Shown: positions 28,710-38,436, numbered from the stretch's first letter. The stretch: DNA of 64,000 nt from Robiginitomaculum sp. (GCA_021776635.1 JAJFFN010000038.1:87990-151989); one strand, 5' to 3'. Notes: generated by a model from the sequence alone, not told the origin. Numbers and translations are program-made.

Positions 28710-29441
28710 TTAAAATCCTAAATGTTGACCGCCGTCAACGGCTATCATTTGACCAGTTACAGCGTTGGCTGCCAAAAGATAGCGTACAGCACCTATTATG
28801 GTTTCAGGCGGAGAACCTGCGCCTAAGAGTGTCTGTTTGGCTACACGTCTAAAGTCTGCTTCGCTTTGATAAATGCTTTGCAATGTTGGTCCAGGGCCGA
28901 CAGCATTGACACGAATATTTGGGGCAAAGGCTTGCGCCAATGTTTTGGTTGCAAAAAATAATGCAGACTTAGAAACACCATATGTAAAAAAATCAGGTTT
29001 TGGGGCAAGCACACGTTGGTCAATCATATTTATGATACATCCATTCTCACCTTGTGGCAATTGCTTGGCAAATTGATGTGCCAATCTGAGCGGTGCTTTA
29101 AGATTTACGTCGAGATGGTTTTCAAATTTATCCAGGTTAAAGTCTTTGGCTGTATCAGGAACATAGGTAGATGCATTATTAACAAGGGCAGTGAGCGGAC
29201 TACCAATAGCTTTTGCAGCTTTGTCAATCAGAGTTTCAACATCATTTGCGTTCGTAAGGTCAGATTGCACAAGAGCTGCGTTATTTATTTTTTTGGCCAA
29301 ATCGATAGCTGCGTTTTTTGAACTGTTGTAATGGATAACCACCTGCCATCCATCCGAAGCTAATCCTTCGCTAAGCACACGACCTATTCGTGTGGCGGCA
29401 CCCGTAATTAAAACTGTCTTAAGCATGCTGTCTTGGGTCAT
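28710..29441 (-). CDS. SDR oxidoreductase (pteridine reductase/FolM-like)
   Basis: TGAATRIG, VNNAS, YGVSK; adjacent to folB; start set at ATG 29441. Confidence 0.9.
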   Translation of the reverse strand: MTQDSMLKTVLITGAATRIGRVLSEGLASDGWQVVIHYNSSKNAAIDLAKKINNAALVQSDLTNANDVETLIDKAAKAIGSPLTALVNNASTYVPDTAKDFNLDKFENHLDVNLKAPLRLAHQFAKQLPQGENGCIINMIDQRVLAPKPDFFTYGVSKSALFFATKTLAQAFAPNIRVNAVGPGPTLQSIYQSEADFRRVAKQTLLGAGSPPETIIGAVRYLLAANAVTGQMIAVDGGQHLGF

Positions 29442-29454
29442 AGAGGTGCGTATA

Positions 29455-30438
29455 TCACACACCGGCGCCTGCGCCAACAATATCCCGTGCGATTGCGGCC
29501 ATATATAAGCCGTAGCCAACTAGAAATACCAAACCAGTTTTACGCCCAATGGGAGCACGGCGAAGGACATAAATGGTCAAAGCAATGGTTGCTGCAAGCA
29601 TGACCCAAACATCAAATACCAAAAATTTAGGTGGAATGCTGACAGGGCCAGCGATAGCCGCTGCGCCCATTACAGCAAAAATATTGAAGATGTTAGAGCC
29701 AAGAACATTGCCAATAGCAACTTCGTTATGGCCCCGCCAAGATGCGACCATAACGGTTGCCAATTCCGGTAATGATGTACCAATCGCCACTATGGTTAAG
29801 CCGATAAGCGCTTCACTTACGCCAAAACCTTCGGCGATATAAGTAGCATTTTTGACAATGAGATCACCGCCGAATGCCAAGCCTGCTATACCAAGGACAG
29901 TAAAAAGGATCATGGTGAAATAACTTTTCGGCATGCCCTCCATACTTGCCATTTCTGACATTTCTGCCAAAGCAGGGTCTTTTGCGCCTGAACGTGCCAA
30001 ACTAAACATCCAAAGCAAGTAAAGCACAATGCCGCTAAATAAAAGTGCGCCTTGCCAAAACACCAAAGGTCTATGGAGGAACATCAAAACCATCAGGACA
30101 AGAGTTGCGAGTACGACAACGGCTGAATTGCGCCCGACGCCCGCTACATTGGTAGGCAGAGCCATGATAAGGGCAGGGACACTCAAAACCAATAATATAT
30201 TGGCAATATTAGAGCCAATGACATTACCAATTGCAAGTTCACTGGCACCCGTTAAGACGGATTGTACGCTGACAATCAATTCCGGTGCAGAGGTGCCAAA
30301 TGCAACAATGGTAAGCCCGACGATTAACGAAGGCACTCCCCATTTATGGGCAAGAGCCGCCGCCCCGCGCACCAAAATGTCGCCAGCGATGAGCAGTAGG
30401 ATAACACCAATGCAAAATAAGAGAAAAGCAAGAAGCAC
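29455..30438 (-). CDS. Calcium/sodium antiporter (YrbG/CaCA family)
   Basis: Two alpha-repeats GTSAPE/GTSLPE and GNVIGSNIAN/GNVLGSNIFN. Confidence 0.94.
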   Translation of the reverse strand: MLLAFLLFCIGVILLLIAGDILVRGAAALAHKWGVPSLIVGLTIVAFGTSAPELIVSVQSVLTGASELAIGNVIGSNIANILLVLSVPALIMALPTNVAGVGRNSAVVVLATLVLMVLMFLHRPLVFWQGALLFSGIVLYLLWMFSLARSGAKDPALAEMSEMASMEGMPKSYFTMILFTVLGIAGLAFGGDLIVKNATYIAEGFGVSEALIGLTIVAIGTSLPELATVMVASWRGHNEVAIGNVLGSNIFNIFAVMGAAAIAGPVSIPPKFLVFDVWVMLAATIALTIYVLRRAPIGRKTGLVFLVGYGLYMAAIARDIVGAGAGV

Positions 30439-30714
30439 TTACGTATTATTCCTACCAAAATTTCTTAAATTCGAGAAGGTTAAGTCCGCCAAATAATGCG
30501 GCAGCCAAACCAAATATCAGCAAAGCTGGATCTAGGTTAAACAACCCAAAAATACTTACACCGGATTGAATGAGTTCTAGTGAGAAAGCCATAACGTGCC
30601 TTTTTTCGTGCGTTTATAAAGATTCTTTCGCTCTATACAGTGTGAATGTGAAAAGGCCAAGGCTTGTTTGTGGATGAATTTAAAGTTACATTCAAATTTA
30701 TCAAGGAGGACAAT

Positions 30715-31077
30715 ATGGCTAAAATATTAGGGGTCGGCGGGGTGTTCGTCAAATGTGATGATACGAAAGCATATAAAGAATGGTGGAAAACCCATATGGG
30801 TGTTGAGCCGTCAGAATGGGGTTCCATGGAATGGAAAAATGACGGAAAGGCATTCACATTGCTCAGCGCCTTCAAAGCGGACACAGATTATTTTGCACCG
30901 ACGGACAATATGTTCATGATAAATCTGCGGGTAGATGATGTCCCCGCCATGATTGAAAAGGCCAGGGCAGGCGGCGCAACAATCGTCGGTGAGGTTTCTG
31001 ATGAAGGATATGGGGTATTTGGTTGGTTTATTGATCCAATTGGGATAAAGATAGAGTTATGGCAGGATAATTCCTGA
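30715..31077 (+). CDS. VOC/glyoxalase family protein
   Basis: GVGGVFVK, FMINLRVDD, FIDPIGIKIELWQ; SD AGGAGG. Confidence 0.9.
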   Translation: MAKILGVGGVFVKCDDTKAYKEWWKTHMGVEPSEWGSMEWKNDGKAFTLLSAFKADTDYFAPTDNMFMINLRVDDVPAMIEKARAGGATIVGEVSDEGYGVFGWFIDPIGIKIELWQDNS

Positions 31078-31101
31078 TTCTAACACAAAACGGAGAATAT
31101 T

Positions 31102-31557
31102 ATGTTTGGAGCAATTTCATTTGCAAAAGTTGCGGGGCGCAAACTATCGGGCATGTTTAAAGGGAAAAAGGACAAGGAAGTTCTTGAAAAAGAAGTCAGT
31201 GATATGGGCCTCGATTCAGACGGTGTAGATATTAACGTCGATGACAATGGAAAAGTTACAATTTCTGGCAATGCGGTGTCTCAAGAGATGAAAGAAAAAA
31301 TTATTCTTGCAGTTGGAAATGTAAAAGGTGTAAGCGCAGTTCACGACGAAGCGAATGCAGCAGATGGCGGCGCGGCATCACAATTCCATGAAGTTGTAAG
31401 TGGCGATACGTTATGGGCAGTTTCCAAAAAATATTACGGCAAAGGTAGTCGTTATATGGAAATTTTTAAAGCCAATGAGCCGATGCTTTCGCATCCAGAT
31501 AAAATTTATGTCGGGCAAATGCTCCGTATTCCAGCAGATGCGGATGCTAGCGCATAA
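31102..31557 (+). CDS. BON-LysM protein (Kbp/YgaU family)
   Basis: EKIILAVGNVKGV; LysM HEVVSGDTLW...YG...IFKAN...PDKIYVGQMLRIP. Confidence 0.93.
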   Translation: MFGAISFAKVAGRKLSGMFKGKKDKEVLEKEVSDMGLDSDGVDINVDDNGKVTISGNAVSQEMKEKIILAVGNVKGVSAVHDEANAADGGAASQFHEVVSGDTLWAVSKKYYGKGSRYMEIFKANEPMLSHPDKIYVGQMLRIPADADASA

Positions 31558-31580
31558 ATTTACCTCATAAAGTAATACAA

Positions 31581-31680
31581 GACAGGTAAAAAAAGCCAGG
31601 CTAAAAAAAGCCAGGCTAAAAAAAAGACAGGCTAAAAAAAGACAGGCTAAAAAAAAGACAGGCTAAAAAAAAAGACAGGG
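31581..31680. repeat. Tandem repeat, 7 units of G(A/C)CAGG(C)T-A7-9
   Basis: Units start at 31581, 31595, 31610, 31626, 31641, 31657, 31674. Confidence 0.92.
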
Positions 31681-31798
31681 TGGAGAAGACCGTGAGAGAG
31701 AGAAAATCGGTCTTCATCCGCCCTGCTACGTGAACTGCCGGACTGCTTTTTTTGCGGCCAAATCGTCAAGGGGAAGACAAGGCAGCTGGGACACACGC
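31665..31798 (-). ncRNA. Candidate small regulatory RNA with CU-rich loops and intrinsic terminator
   Basis: Minus strand: cagggcgga-u-gaagaccg[auuuucucucucuca]cggucuuc-uccacccug-ucUUUUUUUUU, preceded by a stem with a UUCCCCUU loop; no ORF. Confidence 0.5.
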
Positions 31799-31905
31799 AA
31801 TTTCTTTATAGGATACAGGATTGAATGCTAGCTGAACGGTTTTGCCTTATTTCCGCCACAATTGCGCAGTCGTTTATCTGATGTTCATAAAACTGATGAA
31901 ATTCA

Positions 31906-31929
31906 GTATTTAATAGTTCCTGACCCTAG
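31906..31929. mobile_element. Isolated MITE terminal repeat followed by CTAG
   Basis: gtatttaatagttcctgacc-ctag, 18/20 to a TIR of the 21844 element. Confidence 0.55.
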
Positions 31930-31988
31930 TTTGCTCAGTGAGCTTAGTTTTTTTTGGGGTGTATGCCCTGATAGCTTACTAAAGAAAC

Positions 31989-32567
31989 TTAGCGGTTTTC
32001 TAGCCGCTCTATATTGCCGCTCTCTACATGCTGCTTAACCATGTAATAGATGCTTCCATCATCAAAGACGGGACTATCGCCGTAAGCCGCAGTCAATTTG
32101 CAAGCCAAGTCTTTTCGGTTGGCTTCGTTTTGCACCACTGTGCTATCCATGGGCCTTAAGTTGGTTTCATATGTATCCATCTGGTGCAATAATTCGTTCA
32201 AACACATGTTAAGGACACGCATGCTTTCAGTTTGATCGTCACCGCCTTCTATCAATTCTAGCGGAGCCTCATCACCGCCCGCACAGTATTGCCGCAGATT
32301 GTTTCCCCATTCCATTAAACAGGCAGAGGTAGGTATGAAAGGTGTAACGCCGGGAGGGGTCTGGTCTAAATCAGTAGGGTCATATTCTGGTTCGGTCGGA
32401 ATTTTCACAACAACTTTTTCTTGCTCCGAAATGGTTTGCTGCAAGATCAAATCACGAAGTGTATCGGTTTCTCTCTTGGCGCGTTCAGCTTTTTGGTAGC
32501 CCGTCCAGACAATAAACATGAGAGCTATACCGCCAACAATTAAGATTATAGGAAATATTTTTTTCAT
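31989..32567 (-). CDS. Hypothetical protein with N-terminal membrane anchor
   Basis: 192-aa ORF, one TM, four Cys, co-directional with the upstream peptidase. Confidence 0.75.
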   Translation of the reverse strand: MKKIFPIILIVGGIALMFIVWTGYQKAERAKRETDTLRDLILQQTISEQEKVVVKIPTEPEYDPTDLDQTPPGVTPFIPTSACLMEWGNNLRQYCAGGDEAPLELIEGGDDQTESMRVLNMCLNELLHQMDTYETNLRPMDSTVVQNEANRKDLACKLTAAYGDSPVFDDGSIYYMVKQHVESGNIERLENR

Positions 32568-32578
32568 AATTTTACTAA

Positions 32579-34507
32579 CTATTGTTCAACTTTCGCTTCA
32601 GCCTTGGTAAATATTGCATCAATTCTACGCTGGGCGATTGGGTGATAGCCTGGCCGTGCTTTGACATAAACTTCTTTTGCCCAAGTGCGCGCGTCCTCAT
32701 TTAGGCCAGCCAAGGCACCGTACAGACGATAGATAAATTTTCCGCGCCCAACGGTCATCAGAAAGCTTTCCAACTCTTTGTCGACTTTGCTGTAATTGCC
32801 CTGAATGGCTTGCATATACCACGCGAAGGCAATTTCGGCGTTTTGATGACCGTTAAAATTGAAGTCCTCGTTCATTTTCTTTAACTGTTCTTTGCTTAGA
32901 GTTTCAGAAAAATTGTTCAAGAAATGTAACCATTCATGGGTTGACCACGAGGATGTGTCACCGACGGTGCCGTCGTCCAGCCAAGCCGTGCGCGCCGCAT
33001 CCACTTTGGTGAATGCGTCTGATATAGGCGTGATAAATGTGTCAGGTAAACCGGGACCGTAAACCCAGGCTTTGAGTTCTTCGGAAGTCAAAGCGTCAGG
33101 GTTTTTCACATGCAGTTCGTCGTGCAGATATTTAATAAAATCTTCGGTTGTCACACTTTGGAAAGCGAAATGGTTGAAATAGTTTTTCAAGAATGGATCA
33201 AAATTATCACGGCCAAATCTTTGCTCAAGGAACTGCAAGAAAAATTGTCCTTTGACATATGCGACATTGGTAAATGCATCATCTGGATGCGCTAAATCTG
33301 TAGGAAGCTTAAGATGTGTCAGTTCTGGTCTGCTGGCATTTTCAATTGACCGTTTGACATCTTCAAGTCCTAATACCTGTTCCATGACTGCACGTTCGAC
33401 GCCGTACAAATCCTCCATAACGCGGTTTTCTACATAAGACGTAAACCCCTCATTCAGCCAAGCATCACGCCAGCTGGAATTTGTTACGAGATTACCAGAC
33501 CAAGAATGCGCAAGCTCGTGGGCGACAACATTGGTCAGGCTCTTATCGCCGGCAATCAGGGTAGGGGTCATGAACGATAATCTTGGGTTCTCCATGCCGC
33601 CAAATGGAAAGCTGGGCGGCAATACTATGAGGTCGTAACGGCCCCAGCGATATGGCCCGTATAACTTCGCGTTGGATGCTTCCATCAATGGAGTTTCAGA
33701 AAATTCATCAGCGGACGCATCCAAAATATATTGTTCTGCATAAACCCCAATATGGTCGTTAATGGCTTTGAATTTTATGTCGCCAACCGCAATGGCCAGC
33801 AAATATGACGGGATTGGTTGTGGCATTTTGAAATGGTATTCACCGTTTTTGTCTTTTTTGCTTTGCTCTGCGCTCATCAGTGGTAGCAAGCCGTCGGGAA
33901 CGCGCAGCGTCGCATCATATGTTATACGCACGGCAGGTGTATCTTGCACAGGTGTCATAGTGCGGGCGTTCAGGGCTTGGGCTTGTGAGAATAGATAAGG
34001 TTTTTCTTTGCCTGCGGTTTGCTCAGGCGATAACCACTGCAACCCTTCAGCTGTTGGGCTTGTCTTATAATCAATACGGACTTTATTCATACCTTTGGAA
34101 AAAGGAATTTCTAGGCGTGTGCCCAATATTTCGTCTTCATCACTGAGTGTGTAGTCCATAGCACTCCATTCGCCGGAGCTCGCCAGACCTTGCACAGAAC
34201 GGATGGTTAAATCTTTGGTGTCGAGATGTAGAGTGTGCGCGTTGTCATCTATGATTTTAAAGTCAATCGTCGCTGTTCCGTCCAAAACTTTATCTTCGAA
34301 ATTTACATCAAGGTTTAACGACAAATGGGTCATACGCACTTTGTCATAATTAGCATATGTGAATTTATCATCTTTGACGATTTTAACAATTGGTGCTTGT
34401 TCGGTTGTTTTTTCCAACGGTTTGGTTGTATCTGCTGAGCAGGCGTTCAGACCAAGTGCAAGAATAAAAGGACTTGTGATGAGTGCAGTAGAGCGAAACA
34501 GGCGCAT
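32579..34507 (-). CDS. M1 family aminopeptidase (leukotriene A4 hydrolase-like), lipoprotein
   Basis: Lipobox LNAC, GGMENP, HELAHSW...WLNEG, YVKG. Confidence 0.95.
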   Translation of the reverse strand: MRLFRSTALITSPFILALGLNACSADTTKPLEKTTEQAPIVKIVKDDKFTYANYDKVRMTHLSLNLDVNFEDKVLDGTATIDFKIIDDNAHTLHLDTKDLTIRSVQGLASSGEWSAMDYTLSDEDEILGTRLEIPFSKGMNKVRIDYKTSPTAEGLQWLSPEQTAGKEKPYLFSQAQALNARTMTPVQDTPAVRITYDATLRVPDGLLPLMSAEQSKKDKNGEYHFKMPQPIPSYLLAIAVGDIKFKAINDHIGVYAEQYILDASADEFSETPLMEASNAKLYGPYRWGRYDLIVLPPSFPFGGMENPRLSFMTPTLIAGDKSLTNVVAHELAHSWSGNLVTNSSWRDAWLNEGFTSYVENRVMEDLYGVERAVMEQVLGLEDVKRSIENASRPELTHLKLPTDLAHPDDAFTNVAYVKGQFFLQFLEQRFGRDNFDPFLKNYFNHFAFQSVTTEDFIKYLHDELHVKNPDALTSEELKAWVYGPGLPDTFITPISDAFTKVDAARTAWLDDGTVGDTSSWSTHEWLHFLNNFSETLSKEQLKKMNEDFNFNGHQNAEIAFAWYMQAIQGNYSKVDKELESFLMTVGRGKFIYRLYGALAGLNEDARTWAKEVYVKARPGYHPIAQRRIDAIFTKAEAKVEQ

Positions 34508-34891
34508 ATAAATCTCCAAATTTTTTTTCGGACACTAGACGGCAAATTCTGTTGCGTAAAGGCCTGTAGTTATAAAGCTTTGCCAAATAAGCAAGGCAGT
34601 AAAGGCGCCCCTAATTTTAATGCCAGCCGTGAAATCTGCTGGGAACTCTGCCGGGAACATGCATATTATTACAAATTGATTGTTATGTATTGGACGGTCT
34701 CTTATAGGATGTGGAAAACCATACTTGGTTTACAAAATAAGGATGATGCGCATTAACTTTGGGGTCCGATGTTACAGGGAATACGAGGCAAAAATGTACG
34801 CATTTTGTAAATTATATTGTAAAGGCAGTGATGATCCTGCTTGAGTTTGCGTACTCTAGGATTCGTATGCGCCAAGCTTTCTTATATTTTA

Positions 34892-35539
34892 TTAGGCCGT
34901 ACTCGCGAAAGGCTCTTTGGTTAGTGCGTTTATGAGCGCATCTACTTTTTGTGTTAAGTTACTGATATTAAAAGTTAAAATATCAGACACAACCGTGCCA
35001 TATACTTTGCCTGTATATGTGTTGACGAGTAAGGCCTTAATTTCACCGCGCGGGGATATTGTGTGCTTGTCTACTGTAAAGCCAGTTTCAGCCATAGCTT
35101 GACCGGCAAAACTACCCCATTGGGCATCGCCGCCCATGCCGTATATTAAGACATAATCCATATTTAAATCGGATGCTGTTATGCGGATTTCATCAAGCTT
35201 GTTTTCACTTTCACGCTCAATTTTTGGCCCCATTGGCACATTTTTAAACAATGCTACCGGACTAATAGGTGCGAATGTGGTATCAGATAGCTTATCAAGT
35301 GCGGCCCAATTACGTAATTCAGCCATTGGTGCGGAGATCAAACGTCCATTCTCAATGCGTGCTATGCCAATTTTACTGCTCATTTGAATAGTTGGCTGTG
35401 GGTCTGATTTTTCCTTGAACGGGACTGTAAGAGATACTTCCTTTAGGACTGTGTTGGTTTGTTGTTGCGCCTCCTGCGCATTGGAATTAGCTGCAAAGAC
35501 TAAAGCCGATAATGCTGTGGCGATTAATAATTTCATCAT
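34892..35539 (-). CDS. Hypothetical exported protein
   Basis: Signal peptide, KIGIARIENGRL...DYVLIY...ALLVNTYTGKVYG. Confidence 0.75.
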   Translation of the reverse strand: MMKLLIATALSALVFAANSNAQEAQQQTNTVLKEVSLTVPFKEKSDPQPTIQMSSKIGIARIENGRLISAPMAELRNWAALDKLSDTTFAPISPVALFKNVPMGPKIERESENKLDEIRITASDLNMDYVLIYGMGGDAQWGSFAGQAMAETGFTVDKHTISPRGEIKALLVNTYTGKVYGTVVSDILTFNISNLTQKVDALINALTKEPFASTA

Positions 35540-35848
35540 GGGTTTACCTTCCGTATGTGTTACCGTATTGATTGTATGGAAGTGTATTGAGGCGCGGGTT
35601 TGCCAAAACTGTGCTCATTTGATGATTTTTTTGCCCAACAATGGCAATCTTTTGCGCAAATAAGGCGGTAATACGAAATAAGGCAAGCACTATGGTGAAT
35701 TTTGTGGTATTGCCGTCAACTTAACGTCCGGCTCACATTCAAGTGACCGTTAGAGAGCACATCGTCACCCTATGTGATGAAAAGCTTTGTTAACAAGCTA
35801 GCAAGGCGAATGTTCGCTTTTAAATATTATTATAAATGGAGTTAAATT

Positions 35849-36211
35849 ATGTCTTCCCCCCAAAATTTTACTAAAGCCCTGACTGTCGGTACATTATTGG
35901 CCGCATCTCTTGGCGTAGCTGCTACAGCCAAACCCAATTCACAAATCAGAATTGCTTCGTCGGCACCTGCTGGCGTTCAGCAAGCCTTTAATGGTTGGAT
36001 GGCCGGTGGTCGTCTCAAAGGCAGAACAAGCAAAGAAAAATGTTTTGGTGTTGCATTGACAGGTGAAAATGATTGCAAAGCCGGCGCAGGCACCTCTTGC
36101 CAAGGCTCTTCTACATCTGATTTTCAGTCCAATGCTTGGACTTATGTTCCAAAAGGTAGTTGTGCACTAATTATTACGCCAAGAGGCAACGGTTCTCTCT
36201 CTGCTCGCTAG
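35849..36211 (+). CDS. Bufferin-type RiPP precursor (DUF2282/BufA1 family)
   Basis: Signal peptide plus [36 protein letters not shown] four-Cys core. Confidence 0.9.
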   Translation: MSSPQNFTKALTVGTLLAASLGVAATAKPNSQIRIASSAPAGVQQAFNGWMAGGRLKGRTSKEKCFGVALTGENDCKAGAGTSCQGSSTSDFQSNAWTYVPKGSCALIITPRGNGSLSAR

Positions 36212-36246
36212 TCGGCATAAAAACATTTAAAGTTTAGACGATAAAA

Positions 36247-37092
36247 ATGACTAAACTACCAAATATGGCCGGAATGGGTCTGAAGCCGGAATTTTTCCGC
36301 GAAGCTTTAGAACATCCCGGCCAAAATATGTGGTACGAAGTTCACCCTGAAAATTACATGGTGGACGGCGGGCCAAGATTGGCTTGGCTTGAGGCTATTG
36401 CCGACAAATTCCCCTTGAGCTTACACGGGGTCGGGGCGTCTCTCGGCGGGCTTGACCCATTCGATAAGACGCATCTAAAGTCACTGCGTAAATTAATAGA
36501 GCGTTTTAACCCAGCGCAGGTGTCTGAACACGCTACATGGTCTAGTTTTGAGGGTCAATATTTTGCTGACCTCCTACCGATGCCGCGAACCAAAGCGGCG
36601 CAAGATAATATGGTTGACCGAATTGACGAGTTTCAGTCGTCCATAGGACGGCGTATTTTAATAGAAAACCCGACCAATTATATGGCGACCAATTCCGAAT
36701 TAGACGAGCCTGATTTTCTGGTGGAAATCGCGAGGCGGGCAGGGTGCGGATTGTTGCTTGATGTCAACAATGTTTATATTAGCGCCGTCAATGTTGGCAT
36801 AGATGCAAGCGCCTACATACATGCTTTACCGACAGACTTAATCGGAGAAATCCACATTGCAGGTTTTGACGAAGATCCAAAGTACGGCAAAAAATTACTC
36901 ATAGATGCCCACTCGTCGCCTGTTTCTGAGCCCGTATGGGACCTGTTGGATACGGCTTTGGCACATATTGGCCCTGTGCCCGTATTGCTAGAGAGAGACG
37001 GGAATATTCCCGAATTTTCAGAGCTGTTAAAAGAACACGGTCGCGCGGGAGCCGCATTAGATGCGCAGCTTGTTACAGAGGTGGCGGTATGA
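36247..37092 (+). CDS. Multinuclear non-heme iron-dependent oxidative enzyme (MNIO, DUF692; BufB-like)
   Basis: EVHPENY, SLHGV, VSEH, LIENP, LLDVNNVY, EIHIAG, IDAH, LLERD. Confidence 0.95.
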   Translation: MTKLPNMAGMGLKPEFFREALEHPGQNMWYEVHPENYMVDGGPRLAWLEAIADKFPLSLHGVGASLGGLDPFDKTHLKSLRKLIERFNPAQVSEHATWSSFEGQYFADLLPMPRTKAAQDNMVDRIDEFQSSIGRRILIENPTNYMATNSELDEPDFLVEIARRAGCGLLLDVNNVYISAVNVGIDASAYIHALPTDLIGEIHIAGFDEDPKYGKKLLIDAHSSPVSEPVWDLLDTALAHIGPVPVLLERDGNIPEFSELLKEHGRAGAALDAQLVTEVAV

Positions 37093-37892
37093 AAAACTAT
37101 ATGCAAACCATGGCGGGCGTGCTGAGCGGCACCCACTCAACCAGTCCAGTAGATTTAAAGTATTTTGATGCGAAATATGTCAGCGTCTACCGTAATAACT
37201 CAGTCACAGCCCATATAGACGTACTTAAGGCAAATTATAAATCTGTTTTAGAACTTGTCGGCGATGAATTTTTTGCAGGTATATGCCTAGAATACATTAA
37301 AAACTACCCCGCCCGCCAGCGTAGTCTGGTTGGTTACGGAGAGCATTTTACTACGTTTACTGAAGATAATTTAGAGCGGCATAAACTCCCGTATCTAGCA
37401 AGTTTCGCGTGTTTAGACCGTGCTTGGACATTAGCGCATATCGCTAAAGATGCCGAGGCGCTGCACATGTCAGTCCTGGAAAATATTATCCAACTTGGTG
37501 GTGATTTGGAGAAGTTTGAAATGACCCTCAAGCCAGATGTGTTTTTGGTGCGTAATATGTGGGCGGTGTTTTCAATCTGGGCGGCGCTTCGTGAAGATAA
37601 AAAGCTTACGAAAGCCGTTGAACTGGATGAACAACATGAAAATGTGTTGGTATGGCGCTACGGACTAGACGTAAGATATAGAGATTTGAACGATGCAGAA
37701 TTTGCATTTTTAAATACGATTAAAGAAGGTGGAAACCTCGGTTTGGCGACCGTGAAGGCACTGGCAGTTGAGCCATCCACTGATGTCGGGCAATTATTAA
37801 GCGGCATGGTTGCTGCAGAACTTTTTAAAGCGAACAAAAATACTAAAAAAATTGATGACAAGAAACTTACAAATGGAGGCGCATATGCGTAA
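37089..37892 (+). CDS. MNIO partner protein (DUF2063; BufC/HvfC-like)
   Basis: VYRNN...L...Y.SV.ELVGDEFF...YG..F..F...PYL; ATGA overlap with the MNIO gene. Confidence 0.9.
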   Translation: MKNYMQTMAGVLSGTHSTSPVDLKYFDAKYVSVYRNNSVTAHIDVLKANYKSVLELVGDEFFAGICLEYIKNYPARQRSLVGYGEHFTTFTEDNLERHKLPYLASFACLDRAWTLAHIAKDAEALHMSVLENIIQLGGDLEKFEMTLKPDVFLVRNMWAVFSIWAALREDKKLTKAVELDEQHENVLVWRYGLDVRYRDLNDAEFAFLNTIKEGGNLGLATVKALAVEPSTDVGQLLSGMVAAELFKANKNTKKIDDKKLTNGGAYA

Positions 37893-38415
37893 AATATTAT
37901 CTAAATTATCTGGCTTATTGACTTTTTGGTACCCTTACACAGAAAAACTACAATTTTTGGCTTTGCTATTTGCCCGTATCGCCGTTGGTCGCGTATTTTT
38001 AAAATCTGGTCTAGTAAAGTGGAACGGTTTTTTTAAGTTTAATGCCAGTACATATGATCTGTTTGAGTATGAATTTTTCTGCCCAGAAGAAGTCCGTAAG
38101 GGTGCGCTTTATCTGTGCGACAAAGCGGAACAAGATTACACCAACGAAACTGTCCGCTTTATCATTGACCGCTTTGCCAATCTTGCGGGTATTATGGAAG
38201 TTGCATTGGGAGCCGCCATCATTGTTGGTCTCTACTCACGAGTTGCAGCCCTTGGTTTGCTCGGCATGACATTATTCATCCAACTTTTTGTCTTCCCTGA
38301 CGCTGCAAGTTGGTGGGGTAGTCATGCTTGGTGGGTCGCTTGCTTGCTTGCTGTTCTGGCTTTTGGCCCAGGTAAAGCTTCTCTTGATCATATATTCAAG
38401 CTAGACGCGAAATAA
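37885..38415 (+). CDS. DoxX family membrane protein (BufD-like)
   Basis: ARIAVGRVFLKSGLVKW, GLYSRVAALGLLGMTLFIQLFVFP, H..W, GPGKASLD. Confidence 0.9.
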   Translation: MRKILSKLSGLLTFWYPYTEKLQFLALLFARIAVGRVFLKSGLVKWNGFFKFNASTYDLFEYEFFCPEEVRKGALYLCDKAEQDYTNETVRFIIDRFANLAGIMEVALGAAIIVGLYSRVAALGLLGMTLFIQLFVFPDAASWWGSHAWWVACLLAVLAFGPGKASLDHIFKLDAK

Positions 38416-38436
38416 AAACCCAGCCATAAAGGCGGC

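Noticed and set aside
31581..31680. Possible CRISPR array
   Set aside because: Units are 14-17 bp, have no unique spacers, and no cas genes are present.
34520..34890. Possible RNA gene in a 370-bp intergenic gap
   Set aside because: No tRNA cloverleaf or recognisable structured-RNA signature; only a 12-bp tandem repeat.
35660..35830. SigF-type ECF promoter for the bufferin operon
   Set aside because: No convincing GTAAC-N16-CGAA arrangement found by eye.
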